NCBI RefSeq assembly: GCF_023055435.1
Contig: NW_025963791.1
Span: forward strand, 16,430,001 to 16,494,000
Length of the DNA: 64,000 nucleotides
Direction of reading: 5' to 3'
Source of the DNA: Haliotis rufescens
Taxonomy: Eukaryota
Shown: positions 38,501 to 53,500 of the stretch, piece by piece
Numbering within the stretch: position 1 is the first letter of the stretch
How the letters are laid out: the number at the start of each line of letters is the position of its first letter
Notes under the pieces: generated by a model
The model's database searches: none
The model's input: the letters and a program-made list of their open reading frames with translations, nothing else
What the model was told of the DNA's origin: nothing
Program-made: the position numbers and the translations under genes

Positions 38501-41500
38501 GGACTTCTTTCAAATTCTTATTTAAAATTGATTAAACATTGTAAATGTACCATATACAGTAATACACATATGCTATAATGCACTGATCTAGTAACTATTC
38601 ACATTGAAAACATGCTTCTGTTCATTAGTATTCCCCAAAAAGAATGTCCAATTAGGATTATATTACTTACTCTCCAGACCCGTGAAGATCCGGGTTAGAA
38701 TTGGTCTTCAGCATTCCATGCTAGTCGTAAGAAGCGACTAACGGGAACGGGTGGCCAAGCTCGCTGACTTGGTAGATGCATGTCATCGTATGCCAATTGC
38801 GTAACTCGACGCTCATGATATCAATCACTGGATTGTCTAGTTCAGACTCGATTATTTACAGACCGCCGTCATATAGCTGAAATATTGCTGAGTTTGGCGT
38901 TAAACAACAAAGAAACAAGTGCAAAAGTGAGCGTGGCTCACTAATACCTCCGACCCGCCTAGTGTGTCAGTAGTTACAAATTAAATAGCTAGGGTAGGGT
39001 CAGGGTTTGAAAAATTCATAAAAAAATGGAAATTAATAAAAACATTTTTTTCTTTCTTTTGACTGCACCCCTCCATATGACACATTATATGTACTAAGTT
39101 TGAGATGAATCCTCTAAATAGTGTAAGAGAAATCGCGCGGACAAAGTTTTCGGACAGACAGACAGACAGACAGACAGGCAGACGGTCGGACGGAACCTTG
39201 GTATAACTATATACCCCCGACATTTTGTCGGGGGTATAAAAAAAGAAACAACCTTACTCTCCATGTTGATGTTTTCTTTGGAATATCTCCCATCCACTTT
39301 GAGTACGTGTAGTATGCCATCCCTTCACTTATGAAGATGCTGTTATTCTGTTTTTCAAAGGCAAGGGCAAGAAAATCAATGTTCCAACAATTCGTTGATA
39401 TGTTTCTTTCCACCAAATGAACAGTTTTCTCCTTGTCATCTCTGTAGCATGCAGCCAGTGTTCCGGTGGCGTGCGACCTATAGAATCTAGAACAAAAGCA
39501 TTTGTTACAACTATTGATCATCTGGTATTTTAGGAATCCTCATACGGTCGAATGTAATTATCAACTTTATGGCAGAGGTGTTCCATTCCGAGTTACATGA
39601 GTGTGAAATAAAAGCTCATTATACATGCAGTACATGGAAAGTGAAGTTTATAAATACAATGACAACATGAATATGACTTACTTGGAACTTTCTTCTCTCA
39701 GAGCTTTCTTTTTGTTATTGAAAGTCCCTTGTGCAATAGTGTCCATTATAGTTCCTGCAGCCAGTGACGCGGTCACAAGATCCTTACAAACGTAAAAACA
39801 TGTAAGATGAGAAAACTCGCGGTTCTCTAAATTTGTACTCGTTCCCGTCTATAATATTCATATAAAATGTACTATTTACTGATTTCCAAAATCTATCTTA
39901 ACTATTTTAGACAGGAATATCGCTTAAAGTATTTTTAAAAAAACCAACACGATACAATGTAGTCCACGTGGCCTTCAAAATGCAATTTTCATTACATACT
40001 CGCAAAGGATCGATGAATGTTACTCAAATGTTTCAAAGGGTATTGCATCTTGGAGATTCACATTTGTCACTTACCTTGCCCCGTTTCCAAAAGGCCAGGG
40101 CCAGAGAGTTCCTGTTTGAGAGGACTGCCCACACGAATAACCTCCGATACGCCTCCTCAACTTCCAAATCATCATCAATCTGGAAAAAACAAAACATTCA
40201 TAGTCATAAGAAATCCATTGGACGATTCTGACTTTATCATGTGATTATCACATTCAATAGTGATGATACCAGGTGTTCGTGAAAACGTGATCGGATTCTG
40301 CCCAATCAATTGCACCCATCATAAACACATGCAAAGACATTTGTTACACCGGATCATATGAGACAGAGGTAATAGGGGAATGTAATTTGTCAACGAAGTG
40401 TGATTATGAAACCAATATGTCTAAAGCATTCTACAGCAAACACTAGTACATAGAAATATGACAAAGTGAAATTCTCAGCAGGGGCAACACCTGATGTGTT
40501 TAAACTCTTACATTGTGTTTCATGTGTCCATCGTCGATGAAACAGCTGAATGGCAGGTAGGCGTATGTAATTCTTCGCATCAAAACTGCAATGGGATCGT
40601 AGAGACGTTTCTCTGTTTCTGAGGCCTGGAGAAAAACAAAAGAAAACTCTCTTGAATTACAGTGACTACCTTACATTACAAATTACTATTGTTTTCATGT
40701 GAATAAATATATATAGGCCTGTATTGTATGATGACCATGTGTTACGTCCACGCATTTTAACTAATCTTAATACGCCTGCAAATCTACTTTTAAGTGCTCA
40801 TAAACTTATGTGGAACAATAGCGTATGTCACATCTCAAGTCCCATTGATTTAGGCACTGATAGGTTCCTGATAGTTTTACGGCGATTATCACCGTGTCGT
40901 GTAATGTGTAATCGAAGCCTTTCCACGCCTTTGACGGGATCTCCTGTAAGAAATATAACGAGAAAGTGAAAGCACATGAGTCATGCAGAGCATGAGTTTT
41001 CTATTCAGTCTTAGATCTATTGTGTATTTGTCACTCAACGTGATGACCATAGATATAACAGCTTTGTCCCAGTCTTTTAGAGGTTTGCCAATAGAAAATT
41101 AAAGCAAATATCATCTGAAGTTTACTGAGAAAACAATATGTGAAATGCCGGACTTCCTCATTGATAACATATGTTAAATTTGGAGATATGACCTTTAGAA
41201 GTATGCATCCCCCTGGGCACCAATTGTGGTTCCCTCGTTGCTGATCTATAATTTGGCCAAGGAGTTTAGCTTCACCAATCAGATATACATGTAGTTTAAT
41301 AATGGTCAAACAGTCCCTTTCACTAATCAACACACAAGAGCTAGAAGTAGAATAAACGAGTGAAATATTTAGCTCTATGTCAAAAGATTCAGTGTGACAA
41401 AACACCCTTCACCAGATTGTATGACAAGAGAGATTACTTCAGCTTTCCAATAGTCAACTTTTCGTTTATGTCCAGTAATATTCCAGCAGCTCTAGCCTGT

Positions 41501-44500
41501 AGTGTCACAACTTTTGAGGTACATTCAATCATGTTTCTTCTACGTCATATGCTTCATTCTCAAAAAGTTGTTTGATCAGTTTTAAAACTTTCAAGGCCTC
41601 GATATACCTTCCAATATGTTTAATAGTAGACATTTGGATGTCTGATACAGTTCCCTAATTTGACTTGTACCATACGTTTAGTTCCCGTGTTTTTCAGGTG
41701 AACAATTTACTTGCCTTTGCATGTGTTTGTTACGATGCCATCGGTGGCCCATTGTACGCTCACCTTTTGGTGAACACCTGGTATGAAAACTATTTGATAG
41801 TGATTCATAAATATTTGCTTAATGGGGCACGGATGGCCCAGTCGTCTAAAGGCGCCGCTGTTCGCTGTGTAGAGATATGTCTTTTGGGCAGGCCAGAAAT
41901 ATATGGTCGTTTGTTCGAATCCTGGTTCGCCCGAAATATGTTTCTAGGTTTTTCAGCACCATGTCCATGCTCATGAGTATAATCAAAGTGGTAAATGTCT
42001 GAGACCTGCATCATTTGGGGCTTTCCTCCCACATGAAGCTGACACGTCGTGATATTACTGGAATATTGTTCATTTCACTCACTAAATGTTCTGCTGATGG
42101 TAGGAATCGTACAATGGACTCTGCTATTAGCAGAGTTTTCTTATGATAATGGAAATGGCTTATCACTTTAATTTGTATTAGTTTTATTGCAGTAATGCTG
42201 ATTTTGGGCGTGTAAATCGTATGTGTTTCGTAGGATGTGATCCCTACCTGTGTTGATGTCTCTAACTCTGTTGCCTCTTCATGACCACTTTCCTGTAAAA
42301 TGAACATTTTGCTTGTTAATAGAAATGCTTTGCGCGAAATTGGCATTACGTTGGTTGGTTTGTTGTTTAACGCCGCACTCAGCAATATGGCATTAAGTAT
42401 TGAATATAACTGCATGCACCTTAAACGCCACTAAGTAGTTGTAGATTTGTAATGTGTCTTAAACAATGTAACATCTTTGGTCTTTAAATCCAAATAATAT
42501 TTAAAAATCACATTTAACTCATTAGTATATCATTATCGTTACATTTGATCAACGCTTTCATTTCCATATTCGAAAAAAAATTACACACCTCATTTACAAA
42601 GCGAAATGCCTTCGACAGCTCAGTCTGGGCCTGAAATAAGGATATATCTGTCTAGAAACGTCAAATATTCTGCAGGTCATGTGGTTTTACTCAATATGTA
42701 AAATATATTTATTAGCACAAAGCTCATGAATGAGATAATATGAAACATAAACAATTACACCAAACTATTGTATGGTACTTATCCAATATGTAAATGCGTT
42801 TTATATTTCCAGTGTTTCCAACAACTTCATAATAACATCGCTTTGCAAATGACATTTCCGATATATAACATGTCTTAAGAATTACTTTCTATCATCATCG
42901 GTTTAATGATGCCTCTAAGTCGCGCGTCTCACTTTGAATACTCTCAAATTATTTCCTAGATGTTGATGGTTGTAATTTGTGTCTGAGGCCATCTGTATAG
43001 AGATCTTGACGTTCACGCAAGAGTTGTTCTTTCAATAGGGCAGGGCATGCTTACACATGTACCTGTTTCATAAACACCTACGGGCATCATTTCTGAATTT
43101 TAATATGATTTTATAATGAATTTGTTGCACTACCTAATGGATGAGTGAGTTGGGTTTAACGTCACTTTCAACGGTATTTCTGTTATGACACCGCATGTCA
43201 GGTTAATGTGGGAGAAAAGCGCGAAGTGATGCAGGTCTCAGACGTTTACCATTTTGGTGCAATGGGTATGGTGCTGACAAATCTAGTGAGTTAGTTGATT
43301 TAACGCCGCTTTTAACTGTATTCCAGTTATATCACGGTGTGTGGACGGAAAGCCCGAAGTGATTCAGGTTTCAGACGTTTACCACTTCGGTGAATCCCAC
43401 GAGCACGGGTATGGTGCTGACAAACCTAGAAACATAATCGGGGTGAACCGGGATTCGAACACACGATCATAGGTTTCTGGCGTGCCAAAGACCCGCAACT
43501 CGACACAGAGAATCGCGGCGCCTTAGTCGACAGGGCCACCCGTGCCCCCTGCACTAATTAATTAGACAGACATTCAAGGTATTAATAGATACCCATATGG
43601 GTTGAGTGAGTGAGTATGGTTTTACGCCGCTTTTAGCAATATTCCAGCAATATCACGGCAGGAGACACCAGAAATGGGCTTCACACATTGTACCCATGTC
43701 GGGAATCGAACCCGGGTTTTCGGCGTGACGAGCGAACGCTTTAACCACTAGGCTACCCGACAGCCCCATTACACATATGGAAATGGACAATGGAAATACT
43801 ACTATATTTTAGCCCGGTGTAAAGGGACTTGTCTGCTAGTTCCTAAGGTCCTGGGACACTGGTTTCAGGGATACATTGTTCTAACCGGAAATCCAGGCCT
43901 GGTATACATGCGACGAGGACAATAAGTACTGGAGGCATGATCTGTCCTTTTACAACAGCCAAAGTGTCTGATTAGGGAACACAATCCGTGCAATATTTAC
44001 ATAATGATGAGATATATTAGTGTATCTCATGTTCAGGATGTACGGGATTTCCCGCAGCATCCCCGTGGTCTAGAGGTATCGTGAAGACGATTAAGGGGTC
44101 CAGAGAATTGACGGTAAGTTATAAGGTGAAACTTTTGAGTTCGAATACCACAAGTGTGAAAATGAAAAGAACGTACACATTTGATTTGACTATAATACGT
44201 ACTGAATGTTTCATGATTTCATGTTTTATAAAATATGTCTTGCTTTTTCTGTAGTTTAAAGGTCGTAAAGAGCGATATTCACGCAAACTGTATTTCTTTG
44301 CGGATGTAACTACTTGTATATAGATACAAGGGTGGAGAGGCAAGGTTTACAATAATTGGCCACCTATTTTACCCATGCCACTGACCCGCAATATCAGAGA
44401 AAAGCGGCTCATATTACTTGGGAAAAGTATATCCATAATATTGTGTGTATGCCAATGTTTTACATGTGTATGCAATTGTTTATTTGTTCATCAATTCATA

Positions 44501-47500
44501 CATATGAAGAATTGTTTTGTGACACACTTATTGTTTTATCTGTTGATTGAGCATGGTGCTTTTTAGATTCCACATCGATGACAGAAAAATCCCAATTACA
44601 ACGAGATACTAGTATATGGAGAAAAACAAAAGATTTTGGAATTAGAATTATTATTTTTTCTCTGGATACTCCAATATCTTACCATGTTTTCATCATATAC
44701 AGAGTGATTATCAGTAATAATCCATGAATGTAATTATACTCATAAAATTTACATTGTATACTGTAGAACATACCAAACTGAAGATAATAAATTACCTGAC
44801 ATTCTTTTAGGATCTTGGTAATCTTACTGGTTACTTGGGCCTTGGTCTGCAATAAGAAGAGGTTGACTTTGTGAATCGCAATATCATGTTATGTCCAATA
44901 AATAAATCAAATGAATGGCTTAGCCCAACCGTCATTTGAAGCCATTTTGAAAAAAATAACAGGATAACCGTCCGTGATTAGGCTGAGGGTCGTAAGAGTA
45001 ATGCGACCCTATTTAATCGATTCAGCACTTACCTGGTTCAACATTTTGTCAAATTAATTGAAATCAGATGATAATACTAACGCGTTGTTGATACCTACCG
45101 AGGAATCTTTGACAATGTCAACAACGGTCTTCTTCATGTCTTCATCTGGCAGCTGAAACATATCCTCACACATGTATACATACTTTTCACAAAAGTATTC
45201 ACATTATAAAACGCAATAAGTAGATGCTGTTGGCGCTTTCATTTATACTGCCTAAGAAAGTCATAACCCCAAAATTATATTTTCAGTCTCTACATTGTCT
45301 CGCCCTCCCTCTTTTCAACATGTATGCAAATTATTTGTAATTCACAAGAAAACTATGCATAATTGTGAATACTGTGTATGCATAATAAATTCAAACATGT
45401 TCTGGAATATATGTACATTATTTGAACCAAATTTTCCTTATTTATTACCGGTAGTTTACATCAATCACACACATACCTGGAATATCCGAAGTTTGTTTAG
45501 TCTTTTGATGTCCATTGTCTACAACAACAAAATCAGGTACTGCAATAATGTCTATTGAAACTCTTCACTTCATGATACAGATTTCTTATAGAAGAGCTTT
45601 GAAAAGCCATTCAGGTCTAAAGATGAAAACAATAATTCAAAACAGCATGCTTAATATATAAAAAATCAACGATGGCTTCATACAGTGTTTCTTGGGAAAA
45701 GTACTGTAGAGTAGAAACTGTATAATTTAATGAAAAAATGTATTGTGGTTTACTCTTAAGATTAAATGGGATCTCTTTGGTTACATACAAACTTCAGGCA
45801 GTGGAGAAATCCGTAAAATCTCTTGAGGACCCCCTTTCTCTGAAAAATGGCATTGTTGGTGATAATATGAACATGACATGACGACGATGAATAATTGTAC
45901 ACACTCATAAAGAGTAAACAAGCCACATAGAAAACCCTCAAGAAGGATCATACGTCAGAATGCTACATAAGTGTATTGGTTGGTATTGCCTAAGCCTTTA
46001 AAATGGATCTTAAATGTACATAAAATCACATCAAGACAACAATGCTTTGTGTTTATTAAAATATAATGTCACGTGAATAGTAGGTTTGGCAATTAAACTT
46101 CCACCAAGACATATTATATACATACCTCCCAACCTTTAAAGATGTACTCAACAATCAGTCTGAGTTCCATGTCATCCTAAACAGTAGAAAGAAATGCAGT
46201 GTATTTCCATTCTCTAATATCTGCTTGAAAATTAAATTGATAAGTCCTTTAGATCAGTACTAACACATTTAGATGGTACGTTTATGACAGAAATTGCTTG
46301 CTTTTGTTTGAGTGAGTGAGTGAGTGAGTGAGTGAGTGAGTGAGTATGGTTTTACGCCGCTTTTAGCAATATTCCAGCAATATCACGGCGGGGGACACCC
46401 GAAATGGGCTTCACACATTGTACCCATGTCGGGAATCGAACCCGGGTCTTCGGCGTGACGAGCAAACGCTTTAACCACTTTACCACTAGTTTTGTTTGAT
46501 GACAGATACATTTAACTGAATGCTGTAAGAACACACATAGAAACGTTACCTTGGTTTCTGTGAACATCCGAGCAACATTATTTGGAAGATCTGCAATTGT
46601 CTGAAAGATTCATAGAAATAGTCATTACAGCTAGCTATTGTGTGTGTTACACAGGGTACTGCTATATAAGTCATTCTTGTTATCTTCGCCTAGGCTAGTG
46701 ATATTACTTACATTATAAACATATAGCGCGTGTTATTAAATGAAAAGTGAGTTGAATATTCTACCTTGGAGTACAGTGCAATGAGGTCGACACTCGTAAT
46801 GTCAACAAGGCCATAATCAAGCAGGAACTCCACACACTCGGTCTTTTCGTGAACCATGGCTTCCACAAGGATTTCTTGGACAGTCTCAAAATCTGAGAAG
46901 AAAATAGATTAATAGTCTTTTTTGTCCATGTTGTTCTCAATAGGTAAGACCAATGTCGATATATCAGGACGTCAATGGGGCTAAATGCTTCACTGATAAA
47001 GTCTTTATTTGGAAATCTACGATCTGGTTTTAAAGAAGATATCAGAAGATTGTTTGTTGGAAAAGTTTTTGCAAAATTCAAGTTCTTGAGAAAACATAAG
47101 CAGACCCATACAGAGACCAGAAATAAAAATACAAAATCTTAAAACATCCCCATTTACAAAGGGGTGCTTAAATATAGCCCATAACATATTTCTTATGTAC
47201 AGTTTGCAATATTTAGTTCAGAGGAAATGAAAGTTTATGTTTCCAATACGTCAATCTTAACGTAAGACAACCTGTGACATTTTGGTGCATTCTTGTCTTT
47301 GAGTCGACAAATTTCTCAATTTTGTCCTTCGTGTGGCGGTTGTAGACAGGCGAAGGAAGGTATTCATCAACTAAGGCGATAAGGTCTTCGTTTGACTTGC
47401 CTGCAATCAAAGACTTTCTTTAACTTCATTTCAGAATAGTTAGTTGTTACTAGTCTATAAGACAAAATGGCACAACAGATTTGTAACATGGCACTTTTAT

Positions 47501-50500
47501 GTCTCATGTGGTGCATTTTATTCAGTCGCTGCAGCGACACATGGGCGATGTCATCAGGACCAGGCCATGACATCAAACATAGTTCAAGTTGAGACCCGAA
47601 TTTAAGGCTTCAGATCAGAACAATGATAGGATCCTGATCACTTGGTTTGCACTCACGGATGTGTCGCATCAAGGTCAGTTAGGGGTATATAGACCAGCTT
47701 TACTTTAAACGGGACAAAGAACGCCTACGTTATTTGTTGGATAACACATAGAGAATGCATATATTTCAAAACTATCTGTTTGGGATCTGTATGACAGCTA
47801 CCTCTGTCTCGATTTTCTTTAAATGGAAAAACAATCTTATTATTTGTTTGTAACCTTGTCAAGGGGAGATGATACCTTCTTGGAGTGTTGTAGTGTAACC
47901 TGTAATAAGGGGAGACAATTCCGGATGGACAAGCCCTTCCATTTTGTGTATGGTACAAGGGTCACTGTCATTTGTATATTTCTTGACGGTAGCATCATGT
48001 TAATAACCACCAAATTTGCAGTTGTCAGAATGTGCTTGAAGTATTTCTATACCAACGCTTTCTTTCCCGAGGGACCTGTTTGTCATAATCTTAAGTTCAT
48101 GTCAATTAATAAACTTGTTACCGCCAACGTATCTATTGTATTACGTTATTTAAGTTGATAGCTATGGCAACAATTGGTAACCAGTAACAACAAAGATTTA
48201 AAAGGGGTCCTTAAGTTTGCTGCTGTTATTTTTAGTATATGCTAGTATATGTTTACGTACTCTTAGTCATGGCGGAGATAATTCCCTGAAAGAGATTAAA
48301 GACCCCTTCAACAACTGTGATGCGATCTCTTCTCTGGAGGCACTGGATGACGATCTGGACATGCTCGTCAGTTGTGTCTCGCCCGCCAAACTGCTTCACG
48401 AGTCCCTCTTTTATTTTCTTCTTTAGTGTGTCGTCAATAACGGTTCCATTCCTTGAAAACCATGACATCATATACATGATTATATGTGATTATTAATCAT
48501 AATAACACATACATGAACACAGCGCCAGCAATGAAGAACATTGTGCATTTACTCATATATTAGCATTGTATGTTGCATAATAAGATTTTAACAAACGTTC
48601 TTTCATGGTGAGACATACATACATAATTGCGTTGATATGTTTATCCATACCCTCCACTGTTTCTTCCTCTATTTCCACGAGACATTGGTTTAGATTCTTC
48701 AAATGCAGTACAAATCACGTCAGCTATGCCCCCTCTTTCCTACAACACACTCATCCGATTTCAATATGTACTAATGGTCGTATTTTATTCAGAAAAGCAG
48801 GACAATATATTTCATTCTAAGCATTTACCTTGATAATCACAACAGGGATATTTTCCTGGATGTGATTTTTTAGTCCTTCCAGGTGAGACAATTCTCCCCC
48901 ATGTAGGATGGCTACTGCAGGAATGGCGCCAGAACCTGCAGTTGACAAAAAGTCAAAATGGGCATTTACAGATATATTTGGTGTAACGTACTTTGGTATC
49001 CATGTCTCCGTAAATGTTTCTGCAAGCAAAACATGTAAAATGTCAACCAAAGTCAGGATATGAACAAATTCAATAAACACATTGTCACATATTTGAGACC
49101 CCAGAGATGACAGCAAAATATTTTCAAGAATAAGATCCTCCGTGTTGATCCACCTTTAAGGTACATATACTTACAGTGTCAAATTTTCGAAAATAGACGT
49201 ACCCATTTCCACTTCTGTCCCAGCCTCGGATGCTGCCAGACTTGCAACCAGTCTCGCGCGGAACGACATGGTGGACAAATCACAAAGATATGGCTGACGT
49301 GTTCCATTATCAACCAGAAACATGTGAGATACATTTGTCCCAATCTGTTTTGGTCCTGTAATCGCCTCTGTTCCTTGTTTGAGAAAGTACGTCATCTTCC
49401 TGTACCCATCCTCGTCCTCCTGCACCATAGCAGGTATACATTGATGTGGCAGTTATACAACATGTGGACACATCTTGCACGTAAAACCATTGTCAAACTT
49501 GAAATGGTAAGTCAAACCTTCTGAGATTAAACTATGTATTCCTAATATAAGATATTGGATATGACATGTAAATGATAGTTTTCTATGCGCGGTTTGCGGA
49601 GAACAAATAAGTTTTTTGTAGAAAATATAGATTAGTTCAGCTACATTAAGCAAAAGGGCGACTATAGTATCTTGCGCATACGTTTGTTTCATTAAGATCC
49701 CTAAATTCGGTAAAACTCTTGACATACCTGCATGCCTTTGAAAACATCATGGTCACCCAAGATACCCCAAGATGAACATCCTATGGATGTAATACGTTCC
49801 AGCGACTTTGCACCAACAAGGTGCTCTGAGACTCCATTGTGTAAGCCGTCAGATACGATGCAGAGATCTGTTGCGAATTCAAAGTCAGATGAATAAACAC
49901 TCTTTAGTAGGACCAATTAAAAGTAAAAACCATGAGTAAAACAGTATATATGCTGTGCAGAAAAATTGTAAAATTTATATATCTTATACATTTATAAACT
50001 AATGAAATTATATTTTTTTAAATAAAAGCGACACATCCCTTTCAATATTCATAAGAAATCCCTGCCAAAAGTAGAATCGATTGTATCATTCCGACTTGAT
50101 AATGAGCATGTGTTTATGAATCACTTTCAAATAGTGATGATGCCAGGTGTTCGCGAAAGAATTCTCAAAATATTATGTTACTACTTTACACAATGTAACT
50201 GACGAAATAGGATAAGGGCCTTTGGCCTACTGTAAATGTCCAACGCTTTGGAATATTGGTACGAAAATGATCAAATATGTTTAAATGGCTGACAACTAAC
50301 CTTTTGTCTTTACACGTGAAAGTTTAGGTCTTGTGGCATGATCAAAGTTGTGAAAAGGGACGATTTTTCCACTTTCAAGAGAAACTCTTGTTATGAGTCC
50401 ATTACCCAAGATGCATTTCCCCCATGTTAGTAATGTCGTTATCCCTTAGAAAATTAGCCTAGATTACAGACTCCATCATGTTCAGATATAAACTAAAATG

Positions 50501-53500
50501 TTTCCTTAAAAACCTCTAGTCACACCTTTTCGTTACAACTTTCACCAAAAATATCTAAATGTTTTGCTACTAGCTGCTGTGTGGCCAAAAGGCTCTTACC
50601 ATATCTTGTCCTCTTTTAAATGTATTTTAAAGTTAAACAAAAGTGACATATTTTATGCGTATTTGCCATATGCCATATTTGAATTACCCACAAAATCCGT
50701 AGTCTTTCAGAAAACTATTACAATTATACCAGAATGAGATTTGTTTTTTTGTATTTATCAATATGTCATGTACATTTTTATTCATAAATAATAATTCAGG
50801 GTTGCAATGTATATACTAGGCACCAACATGAGACACTGTACATGAGAAACTTGACACGTGAAATTTGGATTCATCTGTGAACATGACGTTCCTCCGCCAA
50901 TAAATAGGAGGACGGATGTGGTGATTACGCCACGGTAGACGAAGCTGCCGATGTCTTAGCGATTTGTAGGTCAGCGCAAACCCATTACGTGCTCTCGCAG
51001 CTGGTGTCTGACGGTATAGGTATGAATCCGTCCATCATTTGGAATAAACTGTGCAGTGGTTACGATATTCAAAATCCTGTTATCCAAGTGAATCCATCTT
51101 TACTGGTCAGAGTTTGTAACTCTTGGATGTCCAGAACGTGGTCGGTCATTGACGGGCAAGTGCAGACATGGTTTCAGAAATGTTTCGATTGATCTTCAAT
51201 CAATGGCTTTATTAGACTCAACGTTTGACAGACACGTTCTGATCAATGTCGTATGGTGACAGGGCGGTGGGGAAGCCTTGTGGTTAAAGCTTTCGCCTAG
51301 GCCCGGGTTCGATTCTCCACATGGGTAAAATATGCGAAGCCCATTTCGCCGTCTTATTGCTGGAATATTTCTAAAAGCGGCGTAAAACCATACTCACTCT
51401 TTATGATGGCGATTAAATGCACCCTCTATCAACTAGTAAAATCAATGACAAATGAATTTGCATTGTCAGCATTATCATCCATGACATTCACGTGCGTAAT
51501 GCTTCGAGTGGCTTACCGCAGCGCGTGTGAAGGTGGGACATTGGCCGTGCATTTGAGTTTGTGCGTGCTCCAGTGTTTTGTTCCCACAGATCCAAAAGAT
51601 CAAATCCAAAGATACAACACAAAATTATATGCACAGTTTATGTTGGTGTCTAGTATAATTATGAAAAACAAACCTGCTCTGTCCCATAGTTTCTTCAGTG
51701 CCCTTTTGACCACAGCTTTTGACAACCGTGTGAATAGTTCATCTTGTGTTCCCATCAGTGAGATTATCCACTTCGGCCTGTTCACGTTCCACACATTGAA
51801 CAATAAAGATTTGATGTCCCCCATTGGTATATCCTCATCTACGCGCAAGAACTGCAATTTGGAATACAGACATAGTAAATAAGATAAGGTGTCAACAATA
51901 TATCATAACCATAGTAACCATTGCTCAAAATATTATTGAACTTTTACAAAATCGTGAACATTACCTCCAATGCATGGCCCGATTCTTCTGTCGGAACCCT
52001 ATCTGGGGCTTTGGTGACGCTACTGTCATTTTCTGCCTTATCATTTGTACTCCTCACTAGTTGTTTGATAAGCAGTGTTCCATAGTATTCGGAAGGGTCC
52101 GTCGATGTATTGACTTCCTTCTTCCATTTCTTATTGCTGTCCTCTTCATCGTGTTCAGCTTTCAAGTGCCCACATACGCAACGTTCCTCATTTTCTTCTG
52201 TAAATCTGTAATAACGTTTACCGTTTGTGTACTCATGCACAGTATACTCCAGGTACTCCCTGTCAAGATCCAGGTTTGAATTAGTCAACATAATATCTTG
52301 GTAATGATTTTGGTTCACATCTGTGCTGTACAATGAAATGCATTAAACCACCAAGTGACTGTTGCGGAGGGAGTACAGTACAACTGCCTTATTGTTCAGT
52401 GACATTAATATAATATTCCTTCTGAAATGTTTCTGATAATGTAAGTGTCCCTTAACAAGCATCCAAAGAGTTCATATTGGGGTCATCGCTAGTGTATTAT
52501 TCCCACCGAGTTACAATTTGTTCGTGCATTCATTACCATGTCTCTAATTAAATCTGTGTTGAACTTCAAACTCTTTTATATGATCTAAATTGTATCACAG
52601 GGTTGGCAACTCTTGAACTCGTACATTTATGCATGAATGCGACGTGTAAATAACCACTATTTAGGTGGGGTCAAATACCTCGAATACACGGAACATTTCC
52701 TCTGTTGAACGTGTTTCTTGATCCATTCAGCATGCCGTTCATACCAGGGCACCTACAAAGATGATCAAAACATATCCCACCACTTACCATAATGATTGCT
52801 ATATACTATTAGTTAGGTACATACTTTTAGAAATTGATTGAGATTGGTGCAATAGCACGTACATATTTTTTCGCACAAGATGACAAAGGGATGCAAACTC
52901 GTGGAGATTCCGGGTTAATAGTTTTTTGGTCCCCAGTAACCTATGCTTGTCTTCATAGAAAAATAGGCCACTTATATCAAATGTATAGTGTGGTCAGGAT
53001 CGGTGACTTGGTTTATTGCGTGCCATCGTTTCCTGGCGGTTAGGGTGTTACTCATAAGATGAACAACTGATTGGTTTGATCCAGACTCAATTCTTTTCAG
53101 GCCATCGTGATAATGCTGAAATATTTCTGACTGTGGCGTATGGCAACAAAGACAACGATGTGATACATCGGTTTAGATGACTGCAATAGGAAGGTAGTAT
53201 ATCCACGAACGCAGGTTCTAACTGTACACCAGATATTAAAATCTATAGCTTCTGGACTGATACATTTATCCCATATGAACCTGTTTGAGAGTTCAGAACT
53301 TGTAAATGGCAATTTACACCGACGTTGGACCACATACCCTTCGAAGGTTAAGGTTCGTATGGATATCCGAGTTGATATTATTAAGTTGTACTTACTTCGC
53401 TGTTCGATCGAATAAGTATTCCTGTCACATCAAATGTTAGGGCTGATAACAAATAAAAAATCAAATAGAAAATAACACAATTATGGTACAGTATATTATT

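Noticed and set aside
43063-43077. 15-nt phase-0 candidate micro-exon (VFMKQ)
   Set aside because: It lies within a degenerate repeat copy and has a weak pyrimidine tract.
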